Shown here piece after piece: positions 26,546 to 38,800 of a stretch of 64,000 nt of DNA. This DNA comes from a virus. Its lineage: Duplodnaviria; Caudoviricetes. Position numbers and translations under genes: made by a program. The notes under the pieces were generated by a model that was not told where the DNA came from, did not search any database, and saw only the letters and a list, made by a program, of their open reading frames with translations. The stretch is from the IMG/VR virus record IMGVR_UViG_3300044535_001062, positions 55 through 64,054 of that record, one strand, 5' to 3'. Each line of letters opens with the position of its first letter. The first letter of the stretch is position 1.

Positions 26546-26875
26546 TTATGATATTTCTGAACCGAATAAATTAAAACTTAAATCTGCTGTAGTTGCATAC
26601 ACTCTTACAACATCTGTGTTTCCCAAGGTAATACCTACAGTAGCAACAAAAGTGTCTCCTGTACCAATGGGAACATTATAATAAATGTAATCTTTATTAG
26701 CCGTAGCTGCTCCAGATGCAGAAACACTAATTCTAAAAGTAGCAGATGAAGTGCCTCTATTACATACCATAATTGAGCTGGCGATTGTAGAAGTAGAAAC
26801 TGGAACAGTATACAGAACAGTTTCTGTAGTTGCCACCGGGCTTGATTGTGCTAATATTTTATAACTTGTTGCCAT
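26546..26875 (-). CDS. Small virion structural protein
   Basis: LYTVP...CNRG...GITL...DV..VY...FG.EI pattern. Confidence 0.6.
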   Translation of the reverse strand: MATSYKILAQSSPVATTETVLYTVPVSTSTIASSIMVCNRGTSSATFRISVSASGAATANKDYIYYNVPIGTGDTFVATVGITLGNTDVVRVYATTADLSFNLFGSEIS

Positions 26876-27240
26876 TATGCTCCCATTAATAAGAAAGGAT
26901 TAACTATTTCTGCACTAGATGCAGTTAAATACGTATTGTTATCTACACTTCCATCGGCTTTTAAAAACTGAGTAGATACTCCGTCAAGTCGTATGAAAGC
27001 ATTTGCTGTTATATTATTACTAATAGTTACAGCGTTTGTTGTAGTAGCTCCGTTATCAGTTACATCTTGAAGATCCTGGTCTACAACATCTGCAGAAAAC
27101 TGCGTAAAATTTACTGCGAGTCTACGCAGATAAACTTCACGTTGTTTGTATAACATGTTTTTAGTCGTGGCATATAGTTTTGCATTGTCAATTGCCAAAT
27201 CCAAAATAGCAGTTATTATATTTTCAGATACAGTAGCCAT
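26875..27240 (-). CDS. Tail-fibre-like protein
   Basis: LQDVTDNGATTTN and QFLKADGSVD.N.Y fibre-repeat motifs. Confidence 0.6.
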   Translation of the reverse strand: MATVSENIITAILDLAIDNAKLYATTKNMLYKQREVYLRRLAVNFTQFSADVVDQDLQDVTDNGATTTNAVTISNNITANAFIRLDGVSTQFLKADGSVDNNTYLTASSAEIVNPFLLMGA

Positions 27241-27857
27241 TAAATCAGAATCAAATTTACTTCATCTCCGTTAATAAAGTGAGAACAAACTTTTTCCCAG
27301 ATTGGTCTTGGGGCAACAAAGCATCCGGCAGACCATCTGTCTATGATAGTTCCAAAACCAGCGTGGTGGAAGTTTATACCATACATGCCTTTGGTTATAA
27401 TGTCGGTGTCTATCTTATCGTCTTTGGTTCCGTCTCTGTAGATTTCTATTGGTCGTATCTGCTGAAAGTACGGAGCCCCCAGCCACAAGGTTTTCCAGTT
27501 AGAAGATGTCACAAACCTGTGAGAAGCTGTGACAAATTGTTTTTTAGCTACAGCAGTACCAGTTATTCCACCAACCGTAATCGGATTGTACACATAAAAG
27601 TTTCCGGCTGTAGTGCTACAACCAAAAACCATCTGAGCCACAGACTTGTTAAACACAACAGCGAAGTCATCAAAAGTGTTTGTCAACTTCTCGTCTGTTC
27701 TAACCCAAATAATTCCTTTTGCCGGAACCCTCAAGCCCATTGAATTACACTTGGTTACAACATATTCTCTAGCTGCAGTCAGTGTCTTTGGACCAAGAAC
27801 TCCGTCTTCAACAAGTCCGTATCCATGTTTGTTCAAAAATGTCTGTATGTGCTTCAT
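27240..27857 (-). CDS. Endolysin: peptidoglycan-binding domain plus L,D-transpeptidase-like catalytic domain
   Basis: DGVLGPKT; NTFDD; YRD; GINFH...WSAGC. Confidence 0.7.
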   Translation of the reverse strand: MKHIQTFLNKHGYGLVEDGVLGPKTLTAAREYVVTKCNSMGLRVPAKGIIWVRTDEKLTNTFDDFAVVFNKSVAQMVFGCSTTAGNFYVYNPITVGGITGTAVAKKQFVTASHRFVTSSNWKTLWLGAPYFQQIRPIEIYRDGTKDDKIDTDIITKGMYGINFHHAGFGTIIDRWSAGCFVAPRPIWEKVCSHFINGDEVNLILI

Positions 27858-28060
27858 GAATGTGGAAATAATGTGCAAAAATAATCATAAATCTGATCGA
27901 CTTGTTCTTGCTCTTTGTCGGTCATTTCTTCATACTTGTGTTTTTTTCTAAGAAAGTTGCGAAACTCTTCTATGTTACAATAACTTTCCATAGCTTTCGA
28001 GAATATTTCAAACTCTTCGTTTTCTTCCGGCAGATTAAATTCAAAAGTTACTTTGCTCAT
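27854..28060 (-). CDS. Conserved small phage protein (FEFNLPEE)
   Basis: 68-aa ORF coupled to both neighbours. Confidence 0.7.
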   Translation of the reverse strand: MSKVTFEFNLPEENEEFEIFSKAMESYCNIEEFRNFLRKKHKYEEMTDKEQEQVDQIYDYFCTLFPHS

Positions 28061-28911
28061 ATTGCTCTGTATGTATATGCGTCCATTTGTTTATCAGATA
28101 AGGTAGATTGATCTCTTCTGCAGTTTATTGTCAACCATCTACCACCCAGTGTTTTTGGAGAAGCACCTCGTTCTACATGCCATCCGCCTTTACCTTCATT
28201 GTACTCTTCTTTGTAGGTAGAGGTTCTAACCATGAGAATGTTCTTAAGCTCTACATTATGTCTATGCGTCAAACTTTCAGTCACATAAACAACCTCATTG
28301 TCTTCATGAACGTGTCCCATCCAAATCATATCAGCATGCTCTACAAAGGTAGCCATACGATTGAACTGTATCACACCCTTCGTTACTGGTCCGCCACCAC
28401 CGCTTCCGTGGAAGTACTTGATTCTAAAGCATCCGGTGGTTCTGTCCGGATCATTTTTCCTATGGAAAGAATAAACAATCCAACCACCGTATCCACCGGC
28501 TTTGATGTCAGTTCCGCACTCTCTGTTTAATCCAAATACAAACCTTTCAATTAAGTCTGTTTCTTGATATTTCAGAATGGCTGTCTCGTGGTTTCCGTAG
28601 CCAACTACCTTGATGATACCTGCGTATGGTTTGAACCAGTCGATTGCATCGTTTACCACTGCATCGAAGTAGTTGTCTTTCTGATGCTCCGGCCTTACGG
28701 TTGACTTCGTTCCTCGTCTATCGGCTTTTCCGCCCATGACACAAAACAAATCACCATTGATCAAAACATCTGCATTGATTTCCAATGCTTCGTCCAGGTG
28801 TTTTTTGAGTAACTTCCTGTCACAATGCGGATTATCCCAATGGATATCACTGATTAATAGTACCTTTTTTTCTCCTTCGGGTACATTAAAAATGTGTACG
28901 TTATTGTTCAT
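28057..28911 (-). CDS. Calcineurin-like metallophosphoesterase
   Basis: SDIH, NGDL, GNHE, FHG, GHVH. Confidence 0.9.
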   Translation of the reverse strand: MNNNVHIFNVPEGEKKVLLISDIHWDNPHCDRKLLKKHLDEALEINADVLINGDLFCVMGGKADRRGTKSTVRPEHQKDNYFDAVVNDAIDWFKPYAGIIKVVGYGNHETAILKYQETDLIERFVFGLNRECGTDIKAGGYGGWIVYSFHRKNDPDRTTGCFRIKYFHGSGGGGPVTKGVIQFNRMATFVEHADMIWMGHVHEDNEVVYVTESLTHRHNVELKNILMVRTSTYKEEYNEGKGGWHVERGASPKTLGGRWLTINCRRDQSTLSDKQMDAYTYRAI

Positions 28912-28914
28912 AAA

Positions 28915-29271
28915 TTAATTTACAGCTTCAACGATGTCTGGAATACCGTCAGCGTCTGCATCTACCAAGAACTCCTGTCCAGCGTTACTGTGTATGAAAG
29001 CAATTCTTTCTGCTTCTGTTACATAGTATCCGGAACCACAAACGCTAAATACTTTACCCAGTAGTTCATTTACTTGGTCAGAAGAGAAGTATCCTACGTG
29101 CTGAATAGCGAATAGATATTCAATAGCTAGTTTTTGATTGTTTAATTTTCCTTCACACGGAGCATCGTACTGCGATTCTATAATCAGTTCGTTTCCGCTA
29201 GTAGATAAATACTTGCGGAGAATGATGTAAGCATCAATCAGTTTGGTCAGTTGAAAGGTTGTCATTGCCAT
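28915..29271 (-). CDS. Hypothetical virion-associated protein
   Basis: 118-aa ORF; C-terminal DADADGIPD (Ca-binding-like). Confidence 0.65.
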   Translation of the reverse strand: MAMTTFQLTKLIDAYIILRKYLSTSGNELIIESQYDAPCEGKLNNQKLAIEYLFAIQHVGYFSSDQVNELLGKVFSVCGSGYYVTEAERIAFIHSNAGQEFLVDADADGIPDIVEAVN

Positions 29272-29810
29272 TAGCAGCTACATCCTCCGCTTAAACCTGT
29301 AGGTCCACAGCCTGCTACGTAGTTATTGAAGTCTGTAAGTAGTGCCTGTGCCAGTGTAAAGTTTTCAGCATCCTCTGCGTAAACCATTTTGTCGAAAATG
29401 AATTTTGCCTCCTGGAACTTATCGCTGTTTTCAAGAGCTAGTCCAGCTAGGGTTTTCTTTGCGTCTTCGTAACGCAGGAAATAAAACGTATCAACAAACT
29501 GGCTACCACCAGGATTGAATGTTACCGTAACAGTGTACAGACCATCTACTATTGCAGGAAGCTGAGTGAATATGTCTGTTTGACGATACGCTGCAGTCCA
29601 GAAAGTAGATGTGTACAATCCTGTGATGGTGTTAGCAACTGTTTGAGATGGACGCAATACAGTACAGTCAATTGCTGTTACAGATGCTCTAGTCGTGTTC
29701 GGAGAACCCCAGCCTTCGGGATTCGTGGTTGCGTTATAGTCACCAGTAAAATCAGACAGCAACATCTGAAACTGATTATTAATAACGTCCAACTTTAAAT
29801 TCAGTGCCAT
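29271..29810 (-). CDS. Putative tail-hub / structural protein
   Basis: D.TG.Y...NP.GWG.PN, DGLY, terminal GCSC; synteny. Confidence 0.55.
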   Translation of the reverse strand: MALNLKLDVINNQFQMLLSDFTGDYNATTNPEGWGSPNTTRASVTAIDCTVLRPSQTVANTITGLYTSTFWTAAYRQTDIFTQLPAIVDGLYTVTVTFNPGGSQFVDTFYFLRYEDAKKTLAGLALENSDKFQEAKFIFDKMVYAEDAENFTLAQALLTDFNNYVAGCGPTGLSGGCSC

Positions 29811-29846
29811 ATTTCAAAATTAATGATTATTTTTCTTTGTTCCAAA

Positions 29847-32800
29847 TTATTCGTACTCTAGAATGTAGCCATCGAGACCAGTATTACTCTGACCAGCTTC
29901 TTTTTTCTGTTCGATTACCTTCTGCTGAACCTTTGTTGGCTTTTTTCCTTTTCCTTCATAATCTAGATCATACTGCTCTAGAATATTGGAATCATTCATG
30001 TTACTTTGATTATTAGGTGTAATAATAGCTGTACTGGGGTTTTCATTGAATTTTTTCATTTCTTCAATTAGACCAGTACTAAACTGAGCAAAGTAATTAG
30101 GATCTTTGAGTATTTTAGAAACAATATCCATGTCAATTTTATATGGAGTTTCGACCTGACCATTTCTTTGTTTTCTAACAAAGTTTTCATAATCCTCTCC
30201 GGTTTCTTGACCACCATAAGTAGCAGCAGGCAATTCACTCATGATACTACGCATTTCAACTTCCTGCATAGCAAAGAATCTATCCTTGTCTTCGGTATAC
30301 ATCTTGTATCTCTCTTTATCAATAAGAGTCCATGTACCAAGCATTGTTATTGCATCCGCAGCCGAGTAAATCTTAGACAACAAAGAACCAAGCTGTTCGT
30401 ATCCAAACAAAATATTAGGATTATTCATGCCACCAATAGGTGTTTTTTTATCTGCATCATAGTTTAGTTCAGAGTCCATATCAATGAACTTTTTGTAAAT
30501 ACCATTATCAATTATATACTTTTGAACTAAATCTCTACGAACGTTTGCATTGAATATCAAAAAATTATTGTATTCTTCTGTTCCAAGTTTATACTGGTTT
30601 CCGGATCTATCGACCAACATCTTGGGCAATTGAGTAGGAAGTGCTTGCCATGCATCGCCTTTTTTACAAGCCAAGTACACCAATGCTTCCCAGTCTGGGG
30701 TTTCATATCCGGCTACACCACGAGTTGCCCTGGTAATGTCGAATGTGTTGTATAAGAATTTGCCAAACATTGCTCCTTCCGGTGTCTGCAACACAGGCTT
30801 ACCAAACGCATCAACTTTTACTGGCATTTTATCGAGTTCTGCTTCAACAAACGGAAGATCAACCATCTTGTCCGGATCACCAATTGGCCAGCGTTCTGAC
30901 ATTTTAATACCCAATTTAGTAAAGAATGTGGTCAAGAATGGACTTTCTACTTTTTGACCAAACGCTTTGAATGGAGCGGCATCTTTCGCATCGTAATCAA
31001 CCACATATTTACGATTCATTTTGTCAATAAACGACAGTGAGTTAGGAAGTATTCCAGAAGATAGCGTGGTAACCAAATCTCCTAAACCAGTAGCTAACTT
31101 GTTATCATCTTCTGCATCTGCGATTGTTTTGGCAAAAGATTGTATACCACGTACAAACGTTTGGTCTAAGATGTAGCTACCAGCGGATCCATAGTTACCA
31201 AATATTGAGAAACCACCATCTTCCATAGCATCTTCAATAATCCCACGATTAACAAATCGATTTTTCTTATTGCCTTCTTTTTCTTTATACTCTCTGAACT
31301 GAACATATGTAGCAGCACCGAATACACCAAACCCACGATAGTCAATAATCAAATCGTTTTTCATATCCCACAATCCGCTCTGACGATTCTGATCACCTCT
31401 CAACATAGCTCTTAACAATGTGATGTTTATTGAGTACGGTCTTTCTAAAGAATATACGTAAGTATTTGATTTCTTTTTGTCTTCCTCATTTTCATCAGAT
31501 GGAGAACCGGTTGCTGCACCTGCTCTTGCGATAAGAGATGCGACATACTGAACACCAATTCCGACCAAGGCCCTAGCTAGGATTCTATCCATATCCCTGG
31601 AGTTAACTCTTGCTCTTTCAGACATTTCTGCACCTTCGATTGCCTTTCCGGAAACTTTTCTTTTTACAGACTTTGCTCCAATCACAGCCAATTTAGCAAG
31701 AGCATATTCCGGCATCAAAAATTCCATAAGTTCGATTGCATAGTTAGATGGAATTCTTGTGAACGGAACTACACCTGTTCCAATAAGTCTAAACATTCTA
31801 CTAATCAACTTACCATTGCCTTCATCTACCTTTGTTACTCTTTTTACACGACTCATCCAGTCAGTAATGGCGTTGTCATTAGAGTAAACAAAACGAAGTG
31901 CTTCTGTATTTGCATTAGCATTTCCATAATCAGAATTGATTTTGATGTATGCATCACGCATAGCATCCATCTCCTTTTTGATTGCAGCTTTTTCAGCAGA
32001 AGAGACAGCATTTGCCATTTTCTTTTTGAGATTCAAATAAGTAGGAGTGAATTTGAAATCTTCTGAAACCGCAGAGTAATAAGCGAAATCACGGAAAACA
32101 GCATCCACGGAAGACAAAGCTCTGAAAATAATATCCGGAATCACACCAAACGTACCCTGCATACCAGAAATCAACTGACCTTTTTTGCTGATTTTTCCAA
32201 CTTCATTCAATTTATATCCGTACTTGTCAGCAATTTCTTCATTTGTGAAATTGTTATAACCCAAACTTCTAGCAGCCAACGTAGTCCAAAGCTGTACAGA
32301 TTTTGACATTGCTTTAAATGAATTGAATCCCATCGCATAGTTTTGTGGAGTCTGATACGACTGAACAAGTGTTCCGTCCTTCAGAATACGGTAAGCTGTT
32401 GCAAATCCCTTTGGCATGCCATATGTAACTCCAGTCCAGAAATCACGGAGATTTTTCTTCGTGGTCGGTTCCATTTTGACACCAGTTACCAGTGATTTTA
32501 CTTTTGCAGGAACCCAGCTTATCGCAGAACTCAACGGATCTGTAACCAAGGTAACCATGAATTTAACAATGTTAGAGAGGTTGTTTACAGCCAATGACGA
32601 TGGTGTCATCAAACCGCCTTTTACGAAACTTATATACGTTTCTGTAACAGAATCATCTCCTTCGAATCTAGAACGCTCATTTACGTAGTTTTCGGCAGCT
32701 TGCATGTACTGATTGTACATGTCCTGGTTATACTCTAGATTTGTTTTGTTTGGGTTAAATCTAGATACTCCATATGGATTGGCTTCTGCATCAGCTTTAG

Positions 32801-35800
32801 ATAGTTTATACTGTTCTTTTGCGTTGTCGAGCTGACTCGCCAGATCAAGAATTCTCTTTTTTGCTTCCTCCGGGATAGTAAGTCCTTTTTTCTCGGCTCT
32901 ATTAAACAAGGCTCTAGTGCTAGATAAGAAACTATCTTTAGTCAGTTGTCTAAACAACTGAAGCATCCTACCAATATCAGTACCGGCTTTTAGAATTTTA
33001 GCATATTGATTTCTAACAAACTCTGGATCATCGTTTCTTTGTTTGGCATCAATCAAATCTTTGATAGCCATTGCCAACGGAACATCTCCGTTTTCAATTT
33101 GGTCAAACAGCGTCTGAAGAATTACCGGGTAATCAATAGGATCGATGTTCTCGATTTCGTCCATCAGTGCCTTCTGGTCTCTGACAACACGGATTGCTTC
33201 TTGTTCATTTTCAAGCACATCAGCTTCTTCTTTGAACATTCCACCCATTCTCTGCTGCTTTTCGATATTTGCACGCTGTCTCAGAGAGAAATAATCCTGC
33301 AAATCAACCGGATCAAAGCCAGTTTTCAGTAGAGCAGAATACAGCTCATCATCGGTTATTCCTTTGAATTCTGGATTAGCTTTAGTTTCATCGATAAATT
33401 TAGCAATTTCATCAAAGATATTCTGTGCCGGACTTTGTTTCTTAGGTGCTGCGGTGGTCTTTGCTTCACCCAACATTGAATCGTAGATTCTACGCATACC
33501 ATCACTCAGAGGTACATCAATTTCACTTCCTTGAATATACTGATAAATGTAGTACATCCATTTTTTAAAGTCTTCAAATATCTTCTGAAGCTTGCTGCTC
33601 GGAGCTTTGCCTTCTGCTAGGTATCTTTCAAATCCACGAGCAAACAACTCAGATGTTTCTCTTGTCCAAACATCATGACCTACACTTTGTAAAAATTCCA
33701 AACGTTCATCCGGTGTCAAGAACTTCTCACGAACGTGAGCTAATTCGTGCATAGCCGTAAATACGTTTGGATTGGTAAGTGCAAACATGATTGTTTTACC
33801 GGTATCCATATTCACAGTTGCACCATGAGCTCCAGTTGCGTTTCGACTAAACATTGCCATACCTTCAGCGACAATGCGATTGGTCTGAGGTGTCAAATCT
33901 ATGGCCAGAAAATCTGGATTAGGAACTATGAACTTAAGCTTTTCTTTTTCGTAAAAACTATCCTTTATTTTGTCAAATTCAGAAGAAAGAAAACTAGTTT
34001 CCTGTGAAGATAAAGATGTCAATTGACTGATATCTTTTAGTTTAAAATAAATATCTATTTCATTTTTATCAAATCCGCTTTTTTCTAATTCACTCACTAA
34101 CGATTCTTTACTCAGTCCTCTATAATTAGGATTTTCGTTTTTATTTTTAGTGTTTATTTCTTTAACCCTATTTGATACTTTACGGTATTCAGCAGATTCT
34201 TTTTTAACAATATTCACTACGTTTTGCACTCCTGCTTCAGAAACATAGCTATCGAAACTACCCATTTGATTCATGTAATTGAACAAAGGCTGTATTGCAG
34301 GATTCAAAGAATCTACAAAAGGCTGGTATCCAGTAATTTTAGTTCTGCTTGTCTGAAACCCAAGTTTTTGTTTTAAAGCTTCAATTCTTTTAGGTATAGT
34401 TTCATTATAAAATCTATTCAATCCGCTAACTTGTTTTTGAACATCTTCTTCACGTGAATCTGGTGTCATTTGTAAAACAACAGGAGCAATATTTGCCGGA
34501 TCGGTTATAATTATTCTTGACAATCCTTTATCGGCAGCAACTTTTAATAGTTGTTTTACAACCAAATCTGTAAATTTTTCTGTGTCTGAAAATGGAGTGC
34601 TTTCTTTTAATGCTGTTCTAATTTCTCTTGATATTTTTTCATAATCAGCTTTTTCATTTTCTGTCAAAACTATATCTTTATCAAAATAATCAACTATTAT
34701 TTCTCGAATATCAGAATTCTGCTGACTCGAACGATTCTTATAATAGTTCAATACACTTTTTATTTCTTTTGCGGTAGCTCCTCTTTCTTTCAATTCTTTT
34801 TTGTGTCTTTCTTGAATTGCATCAAGCATGCCCCACAAGGTATATCCGGGATAAAAATTTATTTTTATATAATCTAATTTTTGTTTAGTCTCTTTGTTTC
34901 GTATTTCCTGCGTCTGATCTGACTGCAGTTCATGTACAAACAAAGCCAAATTACCATTTTCATCTACTACAATTTCTGTTCTTGCGTGAGCCAATACATG
35001 TCTTGGATTTTTAGTGAAGTGTTTTCGATCTACATATTTCTGAACAAATGAATTTCTTTGTTCAACCAATGTCTGTAAAGCCCTATTAAGCTGTTCGTTT
35101 TCTTTTACAGCACTCGTGTATTCAGTTCTGAAGTTTCCATTTTCATCCAAAAGTTGGTCTTGAGGAATTTCAGCCGTAATCGACATCTTTTCTAGCAGTT
35201 TATTTATCATGCTATTAAGATTTTTGATATACGGATGATTTGTTACCGGAATAGTCAAAAGATGTTCTTGATATGTATTTGGTAATGCTGCATTATTAAT
35301 AAAGCCTTTGAAACCTTCAAATTCCTGTCCAAAATCAGCTTTGTAAAAATCTTTTCTATCGAGTTCTTCTTTTAATTCAACGTATATTTTTATTAATTTT
35401 TCAAGAGATTTTTTATTTTCGCTGTCTAAATTTAAAACTTGTCCGTCTTTTCCTATTGAATTTTTTATATCATTAATAGTTTTAGCTAATTCAGCATATT
35501 TGGCAGGATCCGAAGCAACATATTTGCTGTAAACCTCGAGTTCTTCGCTAGATATATCTGTCAAGTCTATAAGCCTGTAATTACCATCAGAAAAGTAAAC
35601 AAATACCCCTGCCATGCTAACACCTTCTGTTTCTTGTGTTAAGTCTAAAGCAACTTCTTTTGAAAGGTTTATAGCAGCAGAGTTTATATTTATATTATTA
35701 AGTATGAATACTTTTTCTACATTCCTAACCTGGGCTTCTGAAAACCTATCGTAAGAAACAAGTTCCGGTCTCGTAGTAGCCCAATCTAACAGTTCCTGTT

Positions 35801-38800
35801 TACTTATCGTTGTTACTGGATTTCCATCTATATCAACTCTAGAACGCATAGTTTCAATAAAGGCATCCAGTCCCATGAATTTAAGTTCCACTTCCTTTGC
35901 ACCTGCGGTAAGCAGTTCTTTTTTCAAGTTGTTTAGCTCTATTGGCTTATCGTTTCTAAACTTATCTAATATTGCAACATCAACATTATTATAAAACGCA
36001 GTACCCAAATTCTTAGCGTAGTTGTTACGCATCTGAATGGCTATGAACTGTTTCTTTTGCAAATCAGCCATTTGTTTAGCATTCATGTTCTTTGGCAATA
36101 CGTTCTGATCCAAAAATATACTAGCAGCAGATTTGTTATTAAGTTCTGGTTTGTTTTGATATTCAGAATATCTTTCTTCGAATTGTTGTTTAGATATTAA
36201 ATTTTGACCAACGAATGCGTCTTCAAGTTCTTGTTTTGTGAATTCTGAAACTGGCTTATACGAATCAAATACGCCACCCATATATTTTTCAATCCCTGGG
36301 AACATTTGATAGTATATTTGTCTAGCTTCATTATCTGATGAAACATCCTCTTGTAATCCGGCTAATGTTTTATCGACATCCAAACGACTCATTTCGTCAA
36401 CAATGTCAACCACACTAGATAAATAATTAGAAAGTTCACCGGCATCAAAAGTAAGCGTTTCTGGATCTCTATAAAGAGTATTTATTACGTTACCATACTC
36501 ATCTTCTACATCTACAGAACCATATCCAATTACATCCGAAATAGCATCCTGCAACTCGTTTGCACTTTGTAAAACTTCTAAAGCACTATTGTAATCAAAG
36601 CCGCCATTGAAATATTTTTCATCAGCAATTGACTGTTTTAAATCTTGGAGCATATTTACAACTTTTAGTGCTTTTGCTTTTTCCTCTTTGCTAAAATTAG
36701 GATCGTTACTTAGATTTTCAAGCCTAGTAATAGATATGTCAATAGCTTCCGATATGTCAGTTTTGTTGTTTTCAACATAATCAATTACAGCGTTAACAAC
36801 AGTAGCTTTATCCGGAACAACTACAGATTTAGTAACTAACTTAGGATCAAAATTATATGCAAAATTTTCATCTAGCATTTGTGATTCGTCTAGATTTGCT
36901 AGTCTCAAAGCAGTAGAGAAAAATATATTAACATTTTCTCCATTGCTTTTCATATCATCAATATGCTTGAATATTTTATTTTTGAATTCTTGAATTTCTT
37001 GATCTGACAAACCATATGTATATCCAATGTCATCAACAACGGTAGTGCTATTCAAATCTTTTGAATTCGAATAAAATAGAATTCTAGCCAAGTCAGAAAA
37101 TACACTCTTATACTGAGCATACTGGAATATGTTTTTGTCTTTGTAAAAATCTATCATATCGCCGATAGCATTTACTTGTGCCTCAGTTAATTTACCATTA
37201 GCTTGTAATTCCAAAGATGCAGAAAGAAGCGTGGATGGAGAAACAAAAGTATCCGCAGTAGCTGGAATATATTCGTTTTCAATAAACTGTGCACCCTTGC
37301 GAACAGCTCTTGTAAGACCAGGAAGTAAATCGTTTTGGTCTTTTATCGTAGCCATGTTAATTACGATATCTCCCGGGCGAGATACTTCGGTTTCTTTTGC
37401 GCCACGAGAGTAAGCAAAATTAGGAACAAACTGAAACGCAGGTGTTCCGGGTTCATATACAATCCTTACGTTAGCTAACTGTAAATCCGGATATCTCTTT
37501 ATAATTCTGTCGTCTCCAACAAGTTCCGATAATTTATATATAAAGTTCTTTTGATCAAATCCTTCTGCTTTATATGCTCTTCCCAAGAATGTACCAAAAA
37601 CTTTGACTACTTTATTGTCAATGAATATTGATTTTCCTGCACTACCTTTTACAGTATATCGTGACGAAAAAAAGTTTTTTTGCATGTTTCCAAATTCACC
37701 ACTAACTTCAAGCATGGGCGAAGTGGGAATAGGGTTACCAAACGCATCGAAGCTAATACCAGTGAGTAGCTCAATTCGATAAGTATCGATGCCTTTTTTC
37801 TGAAGTTCGAGTGCTTTGTTTAGATCAGCAGCAAGCTGTGCAGGAGTAAGTGAATTTTGAAAGAATGGAACCAAGCCTGGATTCTCAGACAACCACACGT
37901 TGAATTGCTCTTCGGTCATCTTCTTGGTTTCAATCATGTTGTTCATGTAATCATCCAGAGTCATTCCTGCTCTCTGTGCGTTAGCTTCAAATGCACGTAT
38001 AGCAATCTCAGCATTTGCTTTTCTTTCTTTTCTTGCTTTGATAGATTTAAAGGGATTCATGGACTTGAAGCCCCAGATATTACCTGCGTCACGATTCAAT
38101 TTTCTCTTCCACTTTGTACGAACCAAATCATTAGCTGCTTTTCTTTCAAGAGCTTCGCTATACTTCTGCATATCAACAGCATTTTCAGATTTAGTTTTTG
38201 CTTCACTTGCAATCTGTTGCTGTGTCATATTGGTCAAATCTACTCCAGTATTTTCAAGATATTCCACCGGAGTAATCTCACCTAGAATAAGTCGAACTGC
38301 ATCAACTTGTTCAGCATCAATTTTTTGGCCAGTAGCATCCAATATCGTAGCTACTTCGTTTCTTCTCATCTGTTCTTTAGTTACAGCTTCTGCTGTTTTG
38401 GCCATGTCAGCTTTACGGTTTTTTGCCGTAGTTTTTGACATCATCGTGCCTGTAAGAAACTTTTCAGTTTTTCCAAATGACTGAGAGCCAGTATATTTAA
38501 CTGCAACAAAGTTGTTGAAGTCGTTTCGCAGGTCACGGAACGATTGTATAGCCTCAGTATCGTTACCAAAGACTTCTTTGATTTTGTCAAGTTTATTTAG
38601 CAAAAAACTGGACACCAAGTTATCAATGGCATCTTCCTGTGTCACCTTGCCTTCGTCAACAAGTTTCTTCATTGTCTCGTTATAGAAATTAGAACGAGCA
38701 ACCGCTGCACGGAATTTATCTAGATTGTTTGTTTTTCTTTCACTAATAGACTGTCCAGTATTTGGATCGGTGTCTGTTTTTGTGAACAAACTTGAGTCGT

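Noticed and set aside
28930-28965. DADADG as an RNA polymerase DxDGD-like motif
   Set aside because: Lies at the end of a 118-aa protein; fits a Ca-binding DxDxDG loop better
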